A stretch of DNA of 32,554 bases from Bacteroidales bacterium UBA4073 (GCA_002383425.1 DFYV01000029.1:1423-33976), one strand, 5' to 3'; counted from the first letter of the stretch, positions 15,907 through 26,208 are shown. Notes: generated by a model from the letters alone, not told the origin. Numbers and translations: made by a program.

Positions 15907-18450
15907 CTATTCATCATCGGCATTTGTAACTTCTTCTTCGGCCTTAGCAATGCGAATGGTGATCTCATCATTCTTTTTGCTGTAGCCTACCAGGAAAACA
16001 GTACCTTGCTTTGCATCGCTTTTTATAAGGGCTTCGGCAAGCGGATCTTCAAGGTACTTCTGGATGGCCCGTTTTAAGGGACGAGCACCAAATTGTACAT
16101 CGTAACCCTTTTCGGTGATAAAATCTTTAGCTGCTGTCGATATCTTAATAGTATATCCTAATCCTGAAATTCTATCGAAAAGACCCTTGAGCTCAATATC
16201 GATAATTTTATGTATATCATTCTTGGTGAGTGAGTTGAACATTACAATGTCATCGATACGGTTTAAGAACTCGGGAGCAAATGCTTTTTTTAAGGCTTTT
16301 TGGATGATGTTCTTTTCGTAATCGCTTTTTACTTCCGCTTTTGTTTTTGTAGCAAAGCCAACCCCTTGCCCAAAATCCTTTAAATCGCGGCTACCAATGT
16401 TCGAAGTCATTATTATAATGGTATTCTTGAAATCAACCCTGCGACCTAAGCTATCGGTTAGTTGACCCTCATCAAGAACCTGAAGCAGGATATGGAATAC
16501 GTCGGGATGTGCTTTCTCCACCTCATCGAGTAGCACTACCGAATAGGGTTTACGGCGAACTTTTTCGGTGAGCTGTCCTCCCTCTTCGTAGCCGATATAT
16601 CCCGGAGGTGCACCAACAAGCCGCGATATGGAAAATTTCTCCATGTATTCACTCATATCGATGCGAATAAGATTATCGGTAGTATCGAATAGGTACTTTG
16701 CTAGAACTTTAGCAAGCTGGGTTTTCCCAACCCCCGTTGGTCCCAAGAAGATAAAAGATCCAATTGGCCGATTGGGATCTTTTAATCCAGCGCGGTTTCG
16801 CTGAATAGCCTTCACAATCTTTTCTATAGCCTCATCCTGTCCAATAACCGAACGTTTTAGCTCATCGGCCATTTTTAGTAGTCGTGCCCCTTCGGCCTGT
16901 GCGATGCGCTGAACAGGTACTCCGGTCATCATGGCTACCACCTCGGCAACCTTCTCGGCATCAACAATTTCGCGATGCTTGCTTAGCTCTTTTTCCCACC
17001 GGGTCTGCTCGGCTTCGAGCTGTTCAATAAGTCTTTTTTCGTTATCGCGATATTTTGCAGCAAGCTCAAACATCTGATTTTTTACCGCTTTAATCTTTTC
17101 CTTTTTGGTTTCCTCTATAAGTTTCTCCAGCTTAAGAATGCTTTCGGGAACTTTAATATTGGAAATATGAACCCGCGAGCCAGCTTCATCAAGAGCATCT
17201 ATAGCTTTATCGGGCAAATGCTTGTCGCTGATGTAGCGCATGGTAAGTTTAACACATGCCTCAATGGCATCGTCAGTGTAGGTTACATTATGATGCTCTT
17301 CGTACCGTTCCTTAATGTTATTGAGTATCTCAATTGTCTCTTCGGGTGATGTTGGCTCAATCATTACCTTTTGGAACCTGCGTTCCAGCGCTCCATCCTT
17401 TTCAATATGTTCGCGGTATTCATCAAGGGTAGTAGCCCCTATACATTGAAGTTCACCGCGGGCAAGAGCAGGTTTTAGCATGTTGGCCGCATCGAGCGAC
17501 CCTGTGGCTCCGCCTGCGCCCACAATGGTGTGAATTTCGTCAATGAAAAGGATAATGTTTGGGCTGCGGGTGAGCTCATTTAGAATGGCTTTCATTCGTT
17601 CTTCAAACTGACCCCTGTACTTTGTGCCTGCCACAATTGAAGCCAAATCGAGAGCTATTACGCGTTTGTTGAACAACACCCGGGATACTTTCTTCTTTGC
17701 AATGCGTAAAGCTAACCCTTCAGCGATAGCCGATTTGCCAACCCCTGGTTCTCCAATAAGAATTGGGTTGTTTTTTTTGCGACGGCTTAAAATTTGAGCT
17801 ATTCGTTCAATTTCACGTTCCCTGCCGATTATTGGGTCCAGACGTCCCTCCTCGGCCGATTTTGTTAAATCGATACCAAAATTATCAAGAACAGGGGTGT
17901 CGGACGATTTGGATGAACCTTGTCCTGAACGACCCATGTTACCAAATATACCGCTATCCCCTTCGTCATCTTCACTACCACCTCCGGGAAAGTCGTCCTT
18001 GTCGCCTGAATCCTCGGTGGTCAAGTATTTACGAACTGAATTGTAATCGATGTCATGTTCTAACAGCAGCTGGGTAATATAGCTGGTCTCATCCTTAAGT
18101 ATCGCCAGAAGTAGATGGGCTGTATTAATTGTATCGTTTTTTAACGACCGCGCTTCAAGAATAACAATTTTTAGGACCCTTTCGGTCGTCTTATATATAC
18201 TAATGTTTTCCAATTCTCCTAAACCTGAATCATTATCGGCAAGCTGGAGTAAACGGCTATCAATTGATTTTTTCAAATCAACTATATCTAAGCCTTCGGA
18301 AAGCAAAATATTAATTGCTTCACCCTCACCATCACGTAAAATACCCAAAAAAAGATGGTCGGGGGTAATGGCTGAATTCCCCAAACGAATAGCTTCTTCG
18401 CGACTGTAAGCTATGACTTCTTTAATCTTTTGCGAAAATTTTTGTTCCAT
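15907..18450 (-). CDS. clpC: ATP-dependent Clp protease ATP-binding subunit ClpC
   Basis: Clp N domain, two AAA+ modules (GEPGVGKS, GPTGVGKT), UVR-like middle coiled coil, VGF ClpP-docking loop. Confidence 0.94.
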   Translation of the reverse strand: MEQKFSQKIKEVIAYSREEAIRLGNSAITPDHLFLGILRDGEGEAINILLSEGLDIVDLKKSIDSRLLQLADNDSGLGELENISIYKTTERVLKIVILEARSLKNDTINTAHLLLAILKDETSYITQLLLEHDIDYNSVRKYLTTEDSGDKDDFPGGGSEDDEGDSGIFGNMGRSGQGSSKSSDTPVLDNFGIDLTKSAEEGRLDPIIGREREIERIAQILSRRKKNNPILIGEPGVGKSAIAEGLALRIAKKKVSRVLFNKRVIALDLASIVAGTKYRGQFEERMKAILNELTRSPNIILFIDEIHTIVGAGGATGSLDAANMLKPALARGELQCIGATTLDEYREHIEKDGALERRFQKVMIEPTSPEETIEILNNIKERYEEHHNVTYTDDAIEACVKLTMRYISDKHLPDKAIDALDEAGSRVHISNIKVPESILKLEKLIEETKKEKIKAVKNQMFELAAKYRDNEKRLIEQLEAEQTRWEKELSKHREIVDAEKVAEVVAMMTGVPVQRIAQAEGARLLKMADELKRSVIGQDEAIEKIVKAIQRNRAGLKDPNRPIGSFIFLGPTGVGKTQLAKVLAKYLFDTTDNLIRIDMSEYMEKFSISRLVGAPPGYIGYEEGGQLTEKVRRKPYSVVLLDEVEKAHPDVFHILLQVLDEGQLTDSLGRRVDFKNTIIIMTSNIGSRDLKDFGQGVGFATKTKAEVKSDYEKNIIQKALKKAFAPEFLNRIDDIVMFNSLTKNDIHKIIDIELKGLFDRISGLGYTIKISTAAKDFITEKGYDVQFGARPLKRAIQKYLEDPLAEALIKSDAKQGTVFLVGYSKKNDEITIRIAKAEEEVTNADDE

Positions 18451-18641
18451 AAAACTATCTCTCTCTAAAAACTTTTACTAAAGTAATAGTCATAAACGTA
18501 ATAACAATGGATTTGTTAATAAATTTAGTATTTTTTTAATAATTAATGAACAACATAGTAATCCATTCTTTTTTTTGCTTTGAAATAGCTATCTTAGCAC
18601 GTTAATTTTTAAAGGGAATTGAACATTTAAGTTTTTACTAT

Positions 18642-21143
18642 ATGTCTGAGGGTGAGAGGATTATACAGATCAACATTGAGGAGGAAATGAAATCATCGTA
18701 CATCGATTACTCGATGTCGGTGATCGTATCAAGAGCATTGCCAGATGTACGCGATGGTTTAAAACCTGTTCATCGACGGGTTCTATTTGGTATGGCCGAT
18801 TTAGGCCTAAATAGCGGGAAGTCGTACAAAAAATCGGCACGTATTGTGGGAGAGGTTCTGGGTAAGTACCACCCTCATGGCGATTCATCGGTTTACGAAG
18901 CTATGGTTCGCATGGCTCAGGACTGGTCAATGCGGTATCCATTGGTTGACGGACAGGGTAATTTTGGTTCTGTTGATGGTGATAGCCCTGCTGCCATGCG
19001 TTACACCGAGGCAAGGCTTACTAAAATTGCCGAGGAAACACTTGCCGACATCGACAAAAACACAGTTGACTTCAAGCTTAACTTTGATGATACACTGGAG
19101 GAGCCCACTGTTCTTCCAACCAAAATACCCCTTCTGCTTGTCAATGGTTCATCGGGCATAGCGGTGGGAATGGCTACTAATATGCCACCCCACAACCTGA
19201 GTGAAATTGTTGATGCCATTTGCGCCACAGTCGATAACCCTGAAATTACTATCGATGAATTACTTCAATATGTTAAAGGACCTGATTTCCCAACAGGAGG
19301 TATAATATATGGTTATCAGGGAGTTAAAGAAGCATACCTAACCGGAAAAGGTAGGGTAGTAATCCGTTCTAAAACTGAAATTGAGCAAACCGAATCGGGA
19401 CGATCCAAGATCATTGTGACCGAAATACCTTACATGGTCAACAAGGCCGAGATGATCAAAAGAATAGCCGACCTGATTAATGAAAGGAAAATAGAGGGCA
19501 TTAGCTACATCAATGATGAATCGGACAGGCAAGGAACCCGGGTTGTAATAATACTTAAAAAAGAAGCAGTTGCTAACGTTGTATTAAACAATCTGTTTAA
19601 ACACTCACAACTTCAATCTTCTTTTGCAATCAATAATATTGCCCTTGTCGATGGTCGCCCTAAGCAGCTTAATTTAAAGGATTTAATTGTTCAGTTCATA
19701 AAGCATAGGCATAGCATAATTTTGCGTCGCACCCGTTTTGAGCTCGACGAGGCTCAAAAACGAGCTCATATACTCGAAGGACTACTTATTGCCATTGACC
19801 ATATCGATGAGGTAATCAGCCTTATCCGAGCAGCCGCATCGCCCAATGAGGCTAAAGAAAAACTCATGGAACGATTTGGCTTAAGCGATGTGCAAGCCCA
19901 GGCCATAATCGACATGCGCTTACGCAGCCTAACAGGATTAGAGCGCGAAAAGGTTAAACAGGAATATGAAGAATTGCTAAAGCAAATTGCCTACTTCAAG
20001 CAAATCCTTGCGGATGAAGCCCTTCAGAAAAAAATAATCAAGGATGAAATGCTTGAAATGAAGGACAAGTATGGCGATAACCGTAAAACAGAAATAGTTC
20101 CCGATGCCGAGGAGTTTAACCCTGAAGATTTCTTTGCCGATGAAGAGGTTATAATAACCATATCGCACCTTGGATACATCAAACGAACCCCATTATACGA
20201 GTACAAGCTCCAATCGAGAGGGGGCGTTGGATCAAAAGGAAGCACAACCCGCGATGAAGACTTTATTGAGCACATTTATGTGGCATCGATGCACAATACC
20301 ATTCTCTTCTTCACCGAAAAGGGAAAATGCTACTGGCTTAAAGTATATGAAATACCCGAAGGCAACAAGGCTTCCAAAGGAAGGGCTATTCAAAATCTTA
20401 TCAACATTGAAAACGACGATGCCATTCGGGCATACATAAATGTTAAAACTTTAGACGATCCTCTCTACCTTCAAAATAACTACATTGTTCTTTGTACCAA
20501 AAAAGGTACTATCAAAAAGACATCGCTTGAAGCATACAGCCGACCCAGACAAAATGGTGTAATGGCAATAACTATCAGGGAGGATGATCACCTAATCGAA
20601 GCTTGCCTCACCAATGGTAACAACCAAATTATTCTAGCGGCACGTGAGGGAAAAGCTATCCGTTTCCACGAAAAGCTGGTACGTCCAATTGGTCGGACAG
20701 GTAGCGGTGTAAGGGGAATGAACCTTGCCCCAGGCGATTCAATTGTTGGCATGGTTTGTGTGGAAGAAAATGAAAACAAGGATATTCTGGTAATTGCCGA
20801 AAACGGATACGGCAAGCGTTCAAAACTCAATGATTATCGGGTAACCGGAAGAGGAGGTAAAGGGGTTAAAACTATTACCATTACCCCTAAAACCGGAAAA
20901 CTTATAAGTATAAAGGCGGTGGACAATTCCAACGACGTAATGATAATTACCAAGAGTGGGTTAACCATACGGCTAAGCGTTAAGGAATTACGAGTTATTG
21001 GTAGAACGGCGCAGGGTGTTAAGCTGATTAACCTTCGGAAAAACGATTCCATCGCTGCTATCGCAAACGTTGAAGCCTCCGATGTCGTAAACATACCAGG
21101 TACAGAAGAAGCCATTAAAAACGACCAATCCATAAATGAGTAA
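18642..21143 (+). CDS. gyrA: DNA gyrase subunit A
   Basis: [30 protein letters not shown], GyrA box QSRGGVG. Confidence 0.97.
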   Translation: MSEGERIIQINIEEEMKSSYIDYSMSVIVSRALPDVRDGLKPVHRRVLFGMADLGLNSGKSYKKSARIVGEVLGKYHPHGDSSVYEAMVRMAQDWSMRYPLVDGQGNFGSVDGDSPAAMRYTEARLTKIAEETLADIDKNTVDFKLNFDDTLEEPTVLPTKIPLLLVNGSSGIAVGMATNMPPHNLSEIVDAICATVDNPEITIDELLQYVKGPDFPTGGIIYGYQGVKEAYLTGKGRVVIRSKTEIEQTESGRSKIIVTEIPYMVNKAEMIKRIADLINERKIEGISYINDESDRQGTRVVIILKKEAVANVVLNNLFKHSQLQSSFAINNIALVDGRPKQLNLKDLIVQFIKHRHSIILRRTRFELDEAQKRAHILEGLLIAIDHIDEVISLIRAAASPNEAKEKLMERFGLSDVQAQAIIDMRLRSLTGLEREKVKQEYEELLKQIAYFKQILADEALQKKIIKDEMLEMKDKYGDNRKTEIVPDAEEFNPEDFFADEEVIITISHLGYIKRTPLYEYKLQSRGGVGSKGSTTRDEDFIEHIYVASMHNTILFFTEKGKCYWLKVYEIPEGNKASKGRAIQNLINIENDDAIRAYINVKTLDDPLYLQNNYIVLCTKKGTIKKTSLEAYSRPRQNGVMAITIREDDHLIEACLTNGNNQIILAAREGKAIRFHEKLVRPIGRTGSGVRGMNLAPGDSIVGMVCVEENENKDILVIAENGYGKRSKLNDYRVTGRGGKGVKTITITPKTGKLISIKAVDNSNDVMIITKSGLTIRLSVKELRVIGRTAQGVKLINLRKNDSIAAIANVEASDVVNIPGTEEAIKNDQSINE

Positions 21144-21163
21144 CTAATTTTAACTATTTTCCT

Positions 21164-22471
21164 ATGAAACGATTAACAATTTTAATTTCAATGCTACTGG
21201 TTGCCGGAATAGGTACAGCACAAACCAGTAAGGAGATCAATTACGACCAATATGCCAAAAAGGTTGAGAAAAGCGACGCCGAAATACAGGACCCCAAAAA
21301 AAATACCAAGGATGTTGTTTGGATTAAACGGGGTGAACTGTTTATTGACCTTTTTGATGCTCAAATCCTTAGGGCATACATCGGAATTGACACCACTACC
21401 TTTGCACTTGTTGTTGGTAAACCCATTCAACAGGAAAAGGTTGAAGTTGATGGTGTTACCCTTGATAAGTTTGTTATGGAAAGGGTAAACTTTTACTTCA
21501 ATAATGGTCAACTTGAGCGCTGGGAAGTTACAAAGCCCGTAGTTGAAAAGCCGTTGGATATTGCCTATAACAGTTTTCAAAAAGCAATTGAGTTAGACAC
21601 CAAAAGTAAAAGCACAAAAAACATTCAGGAAGACCTCATAAAGCTAAAAGGGTTATACATTAGCGAAGGTTCAAACCAGTACACTCTCAAGGATTACAAA
21701 GGTGCTTTTGAGTCCTTCAAAAGAGTAATTGAAATTGGCAAACTACCGATTCTAAACCACAAGGATACTGCAATCTATTACTATGCTGGCTTATCAGCCC
21801 AGTTAGCCGGATTACTTGAAGAGTCGATACCATACTACGAACAGTCAATTGAACTAGGATTTACCAACGAAGGAGCTGTTTACTTCAATATTTTTGATGC
21901 ATACAAGAATCTGGGTAAAGCCGATGAAGGCCTTAAATATCTTGAAGAAGGATTCTTGAAATATCCAAAAAACACTAACATTCTTTTTACACTGATATCA
22001 TACTATATCGACAAACAAGAAGATCCCGCCAAAATTCTTGTTTACATCGATAAGGCCATTGAAACCGAACCTAATAACTCCTCGCTTCACTTTGCAAAGG
22101 GCACCTTGTACGATAGGTTAGGCGATTGGGAAAATGCTGTTACTTCGTACAAAAAGTCAATTGAAATTGATCCCAATTTCTTTGATGCTTACTACAACAT
22201 TGGTGCATTGTACTTTAATAAAGGGGTTAAGTATATAGAGGAAGCCAGTAAAGTTCCGGCAAGGGAACTTGAAAAGTACGATGCCCTGATGGAAAAGGCA
22301 AATGCTGAATTTAAGAATTCATTGCCATACATGGAGCAAGCATATAAAGTAAATCCCAATAGCAAGGAAACTGTTGAAGCTTTAAAGAACATTTACTTCC
22401 GTTTCCGCAACGAGAGTCAGGAATTAAACGATAAGTATATGGAGTTTAACGAGAAATCAAAACAAATGTAG
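21164..22471 (+). CDS. Exported tetratricopeptide repeat protein
   Basis: Signal peptide, multiple TPRs (e.g. YKKSIEIDPNFFDAYYNIGALY); typical position downstream of gyrA in Bacteroidota. Confidence 0.85.
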   Translation: MKRLTILISMLLVAGIGTAQTSKEINYDQYAKKVEKSDAEIQDPKKNTKDVVWIKRGELFIDLFDAQILRAYIGIDTTTFALVVGKPIQQEKVEVDGVTLDKFVMERVNFYFNNGQLERWEVTKPVVEKPLDIAYNSFQKAIELDTKSKSTKNIQEDLIKLKGLYISEGSNQYTLKDYKGAFESFKRVIEIGKLPILNHKDTAIYYYAGLSAQLAGLLEESIPYYEQSIELGFTNEGAVYFNIFDAYKNLGKADEGLKYLEEGFLKYPKNTNILFTLISYYIDKQEDPAKILVYIDKAIETEPNNSSLHFAKGTLYDRLGDWENAVTSYKKSIEIDPNFFDAYYNIGALYFNKGVKYIEEASKVPARELEKYDALMEKANAEFKNSLPYMEQAYKVNPNSKETVEALKNIYFRFRNESQELNDKYMEFNEKSKQM

Positions 22472-22480
22472 TAAAGCAAC

Positions 22481-22503
22481 GAAAGCCCCGAATAGGGGCT
22501 TTC
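22481..22503. terminator. Bidirectional intrinsic terminator
   Basis: GAAAGCCCC-GAATA-GGGGCTTTC. Confidence 0.8.
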
Positions 22504-22545
22504 ATTTGAAATATAATACTTAACATAATATTAATTATATGACTT

Positions 22546-23010
22546 TTAGTTTAATGCGTTTGGAGTCCAATTCTTAAGAAAATTCAGAACTTTCTTGTGA
22601 TCATAGCCATCGCCCGATTCCAGTAAACCAGTATCCTGGGTATGAATTCTTCGGCCATCGGAATCTAAAATAACCAGCACAGGGAAACCAAACCGTTGCG
22701 GTTTTTCAAGTTGCTCAAGTACATCCACATTTTTATTTTCCTTGCTATAGTTAACCTTTACCACAATGTAATTCTTAGTAAGAACATCATTAATTAAGGA
22801 ATCAGAGCTTAGAAAATGGTTAAGTTTAAAGCACCATGGGCACCAATTGCCGCCGATTTGTATGAAAACATGTTTGTTTTCATTTTTAGCATGGATTAAT
22901 GCATTACTAATATCGGCTTTGGCATCGGCACTGGGATTATAAATGTTTACCTGTGCAAAAACAGGAAATCCAATTAGTATCAACAGTTGTATAAGAAATA
23001 CTCGTTTCAT
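22546..23010 (-). CDS. Exported thioredoxin-family protein
   Basis: Signal peptide, GGNWCPWC, FGFPVLVILD. Confidence 0.9.
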   Translation of the reverse strand: MKRVFLIQLLILIGFPVFAQVNIYNPSADAKADISNALIHAKNENKHVFIQIGGNWCPWCFKLNHFLSSDSLINDVLTKNYIVVKVNYSKENKNVDVLEQLEKPQRFGFPVLVILDSDGRRIHTQDTGLLESGDGYDHKKVLNFLKNWTPNALN

Positions 23011-23032
23011 GGGTGTTGTTTTAGTTAATTTC

Positions 23033-23040
23033 CAAAGTTA
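23033..23040 (-). promoter_or_regulatory. Putative -7 promoter element for the thioredoxin gene
   Basis: TAACTTTG on the minus strand, 22 bp upstream of the ATG. Confidence 0.5.
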
Positions 23041-23197
23041 AAACAAAAAAAATTACTGTAAACATCCTCATAAAGGGGAAAATATCAACCCTATTTTATT
23101 GATTTATAGTACGATGATAAATTTTTGAAAAAAAATTCGTAACACTCCTTGCATTTTCTTTTTTTACACTATAATTGCTGAAAATTATGAGCGGAAT

Positions 23198-23527
23198 ATG
23201 AGTAAGAAAAGAGTAGCTGTAAGTCTTAGCAATTTATCTCCTGAACTTTTAAAGATCTTCAAGGAAAAATATCCTCATGGGTATCAGGATTTTGTATTCA
23301 AGGTAGATAAACCAAACGGTGACTTTTTCCATGCTGTAACACTTGAAACCGAAGAGGCAATATTTCTGGTAAAGGTTCCTGTGAAAATTGACACTAAAAT
23401 AAAAGATGAAGAAGAAGAAAAAGACTTTTTTGGCAGTCTAACCGACGATACAATGGGAGCCGAGAGTGATGAATTTCCTGATGATATTAGTGATGAAGAG
23501 CCTGCCGAAGAGATGGCAGATGAATAA
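23198..23527 (+). CDS. Small hypothetical protein with a highly acidic C-terminal tail
   Basis: 109-aa ORF with a globular N-terminal part (EKYPHGY) and a D/E-rich last third. Confidence 0.8.
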   Translation: MSKKRVAVSLSNLSPELLKIFKEKYPHGYQDFVFKVDKPNGDFFHAVTLETEEAIFLVKVPVKIDTKIKDEEEEKDFFGSLTDDTMGAESDEFPDDISDEEPAEEMADE

Positions 23528-23541
23528 AAGTTTTGTTTCGG

Positions 23542-24432
23542 TTATTGTTGCGGGGCGATGTCGAGAAGAGGTCGCCCTTTTTTAAATCCTAAAACCCTGC
23601 ACATTATAGAATCCCCAATCCTGTAGTGTTTTTCATTTTCAATTTTTACGCCACATTTCATGCCATATTTGTCAAAGACCACTGCCACTTTACTACTACC
23701 CGAATTATTATTAAACTCCAGCTCGAATCCTGAAATTTGGAAGCTATAAAGCTCCCCTTCCTTATAGTAAGGATGCTCGGGGTTCACTTTTAGTAAACCA
23801 TTGGCATCGATACCGAAATATATGGCAAATATGGGAGTGCTTGGTTTAAAGCTGTAATGCAAGTAATGTTTCACTTTTAGCATGGCCAGGCAGTTACTTT
23901 TAGCTATAAGTATGTAGTACTCCTCTCCTTGAATGTTAGCTGTTCCATGCAAAAAAAGCTCAAGTTTTTCACCTTTCTTAAAAATTTGCGAACAATTCCA
24001 TATAACGGTGGAACTTATTACTGGTAAACCCTTTTTTATATCAACCACCTTCAAGTGAACTGATTTTTGCTGTGCTTTTAAATTTCCTTCAGGTATAACA
24101 ACCTCTAAACTGTTATCAAAGACATCGGTAACCACAAGTTTTAAAGCTTGATCATGAAGCCATGGCTCAATTTTTTTCACCTTAAAATCGTAAGAGTTGC
24201 CCACTTTATAAACGGGATGTTCCGGTTCAATGAAGACTTGACCGGTACAATTTATTTTATCGACCTTACAACGAATTATAGAGTTTACCGAAAAATCGTA
24301 CTTAACATAATATTTTGCAGGCAAAAGCAACTTTTCCCCTGAAACATGTTTAAGCACGTAATGATTGCCGTTACCAGGAACATCAATTACTTTTGTAACT
24401 AAGAAGCTATACCACTCCCCTACCCTAAACAT
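23542..24432 (-). CDS. Hypothetical protein with internal duplication (possible tandem OB/S1-like folds)
   Basis: 296-aa ORF; PEHPxYKxGxxYxF occurs twice. Confidence 0.7.
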   Translation of the reverse strand: MFRVGEWYSFLVTKVIDVPGNGNHYVLKHVSGEKLLLPAKYYVKYDFSVNSIIRCKVDKINCTGQVFIEPEHPVYKVGNSYDFKVKKIEPWLHDQALKLVVTDVFDNSLEVVIPEGNLKAQQKSVHLKVVDIKKGLPVISSTVIWNCSQIFKKGEKLELFLHGTANIQGEEYYILIAKSNCLAMLKVKHYLHYSFKPSTPIFAIYFGIDANGLLKVNPEHPYYKEGELYSFQISGFELEFNNNSGSSKVAVVFDKYGMKCGVKIENEKHYRIGDSIMCRVLGFKKGRPLLDIAPQQ

Positions 24433-24484
24433 CTTACAAACAATAAAATATTATAATACAAGTACTTATCGCTGTATATATAAA

Positions 24485-24721
24485 TTGTCTGGTATAAAAA
24501 GTATAAAGGTTGTAAAGTTAAAAGTTTAAAGTTTGAATCCCCTCCGAAAAGTAATTTTTTGTTCTTTTACCGATTGCAATTGACTGAAAATCAGTGGTAG
24601 ATTTGTGATAAGATTATACTTTTAGGTGTTTTCGGAGTGGACTCATCCTTTAACTTTTAACTTTATTGTTCTTCACCAGAACCATCATTCCTAATGAAAT
24701 TTGGCTTTTTAGATAGGACTC
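24485..24721. mobile_element. MITE-family copy (left end degenerate) containing a nested element
   Basis: Left TTGTCTGGTATAAAAAG, right CTTTTTAGATAGGACTC. The reverse complement of ~24650-24721 matches 11189-~11260 closely. Confidence 0.7.
24535..24644. mobile_element. Nested MITE of a second subtype (110 bp)
   Basis: Inverted ends GAATCCCCTCCGAAAAG / GTTTTCGGAGTGGACTC. Confidence 0.7.
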
Positions 24722-24801
24722 ATTTATAAATTTACGACAGATTAAACTACGATAGGTAAGGAGTTCTGAGTTTGCGTTTTAAAATTCCATAAAATATTAA
24801 T

Positions 24802-24975
24802 GAGTCTAGTTTAAAAAGCAAAATTCTATTTAAAAATGATATTTCTCGTGAAGAATGTCAGAACCATAAAGCGTTAATATTCAGTTATTAATAAATATAC
24901 ATTACGTTTCACGTTTCACGTTTCACGTTTAACGCCTTATGTTCCTTTCAATCATAAACTTTTTAGACCGGCCTC
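24802..24975. mobile_element. MITE-family copy (174 bp) with a (TTTCACG)n array
   Basis: Ends GAGTCTAGTTTAAAAAG / CTTTTTAGACCGGCCTC, flanked by ATTAAT at 24796-24801 and 24976-24981. Confidence 0.85.
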
Positions 24976-25066
24976 ATTAATTCAAGATTATGTTTAATGA
25001 TAATGTAAGTTGATGGTCAAAGCTCTGAAAATAAACCATTCAAACCAAATGAATGAAAATGGTATA

Positions 25067-25101
25067 TAAAACAAGGGGGAAAAAACTTCCCCCTTGTTTT
25101 A
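25067..25101 (-). terminator. Intrinsic terminator after the exbB/exbD cluster
   Basis: TAAAACAAGGGGGAA-AAAAC-TTCCCCCTTGTTTTA perfect stem. Confidence 0.85.
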
Positions 25102-25120
25102 AAAAGTTAGATGAAAATTA

Positions 25121-25588
25121 CTATTTTGATTTCTTTCTGGAAATGTAAGTAATTTTTAGTGCGCTAGCCTTGCGAAGTTCCTGCTTAACATCGGTAACAA
25201 TACCCATGCGGGTATCCTCATCAATTTTAAGTGCAGTTGTTAGCAAAGGCCTTTCACCCTCAGAAAGAGCTTCACGCTCCGAAGCAATAAAATCGCGTAT
25301 ATCATCTAAAGACTTAAAGCTGTCGTTGAGTTGAATACGAGGCTCAGTACCAAAAAGAGTCTGGTATGCCGGGAGTGGGGTTCCAATATAAACGTATGAA
25401 ACAAGTGTTTTTTTCTTCAGCTTATCCACTTCAGTGGCTTCAGGTGATTTAATCGAAACCAATAAGCTGGTTTCACGAAAAGAGGTGGACACCATGAAGA
25501 AGAAAAGCGTCATAAAAACGATATCGGGAAGCGAAGCTGTAGATATAGCAGGCATTTCGCCTTTCCCTTTGCGTGAAAATGTAGCCAT
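25121..25588 (-). CDS. exbD: ExbD/TolR family biopolymer transport protein
   Basis: ISTASLPDIVFMTLFFFMV TM segment with the conserved Asp; LKIDEDTRMG. Confidence 0.88.
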   Translation of the reverse strand: MATFSRKGKGEMPAISTASLPDIVFMTLFFFMVSTSFRETSLLVSIKSPEATEVDKLKKKTLVSYVYIGTPLPAYQTLFGTEPRIQLNDSFKSLDDIRDFIASEREALSEGERPLLTTALKIDEDTRMGIVTDVKQELRKASALKITYISRKKSK

Positions 25589-25590
25589 AC

Positions 25591-26163
25591 TTATTTTCCT
25601 CCAACATCTTTAGGTTCAGCTTCGGAAATCCTAAGTGGAATAGCCTTAGCAACGGCTTCCTGCTGTTCCTTTTCGAGTTTTGCGTAGGGCCTGCCAAATA
25701 CTGACATCGAGAGTTCATCGCGCAACTCGTTATAAGCAGCAACCAGTTCATTCTGTACGGTCATATACATTTTATACGACGTTCCACGGTCGTTTTGCAA
25801 CGAAACAACCCCAGTTGATACCCTATATGGCCCTATTAGAGGAATATCTTCCTCTTTACTTTCGGACATATTAGGGTCGTTATTGGGGTTAACAATGAAT
25901 TCCTTGGTTTTTTCCTTGAGTAACGATACATCCATTGGTTCACCACGCACCAGTAACTTGTCGCTTTTATTGATAAGTACTGTAAAAATATTTCTGCGCT
26001 TTACCTCAATATCAGTTTCTTGTTCGCCTTGAGGCATGGGAGGCAACATACGTGGTAAACCTGAGTCAACATCCATGGTTGTAACCATAAGGAAAAAACT
26101 CAAGAGAAGGAATGCTATATCGGCCGTAGAGCTTGCGTTTATTTCTGGAAGTTTTCTTGCCAT
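25591..26163 (-). CDS. exbD: ExbD/TolR family biopolymer transport protein
   Basis: EINASSTADIAFLLLSFFLMVTT. Confidence 0.88.
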   Translation of the reverse strand: MARKLPEINASSTADIAFLLLSFFLMVTTMDVDSGLPRMLPPMPQGEQETDIEVKRRNIFTVLINKSDKLLVRGEPMDVSLLKEKTKEFIVNPNNDPNMSESKEEDIPLIGPYRVSTGVVSLQNDRGTSYKMYMTVQNELVAAYNELRDELSMSVFGRPYAKLEKEQQEAVAKAIPLRISEAEPKDVGGK

Positions 26164-26208
26164 TTGTTTTTTTTTAAGTGTTTCCAGTTTCAGTAAAAAC
26201 CGATATTA

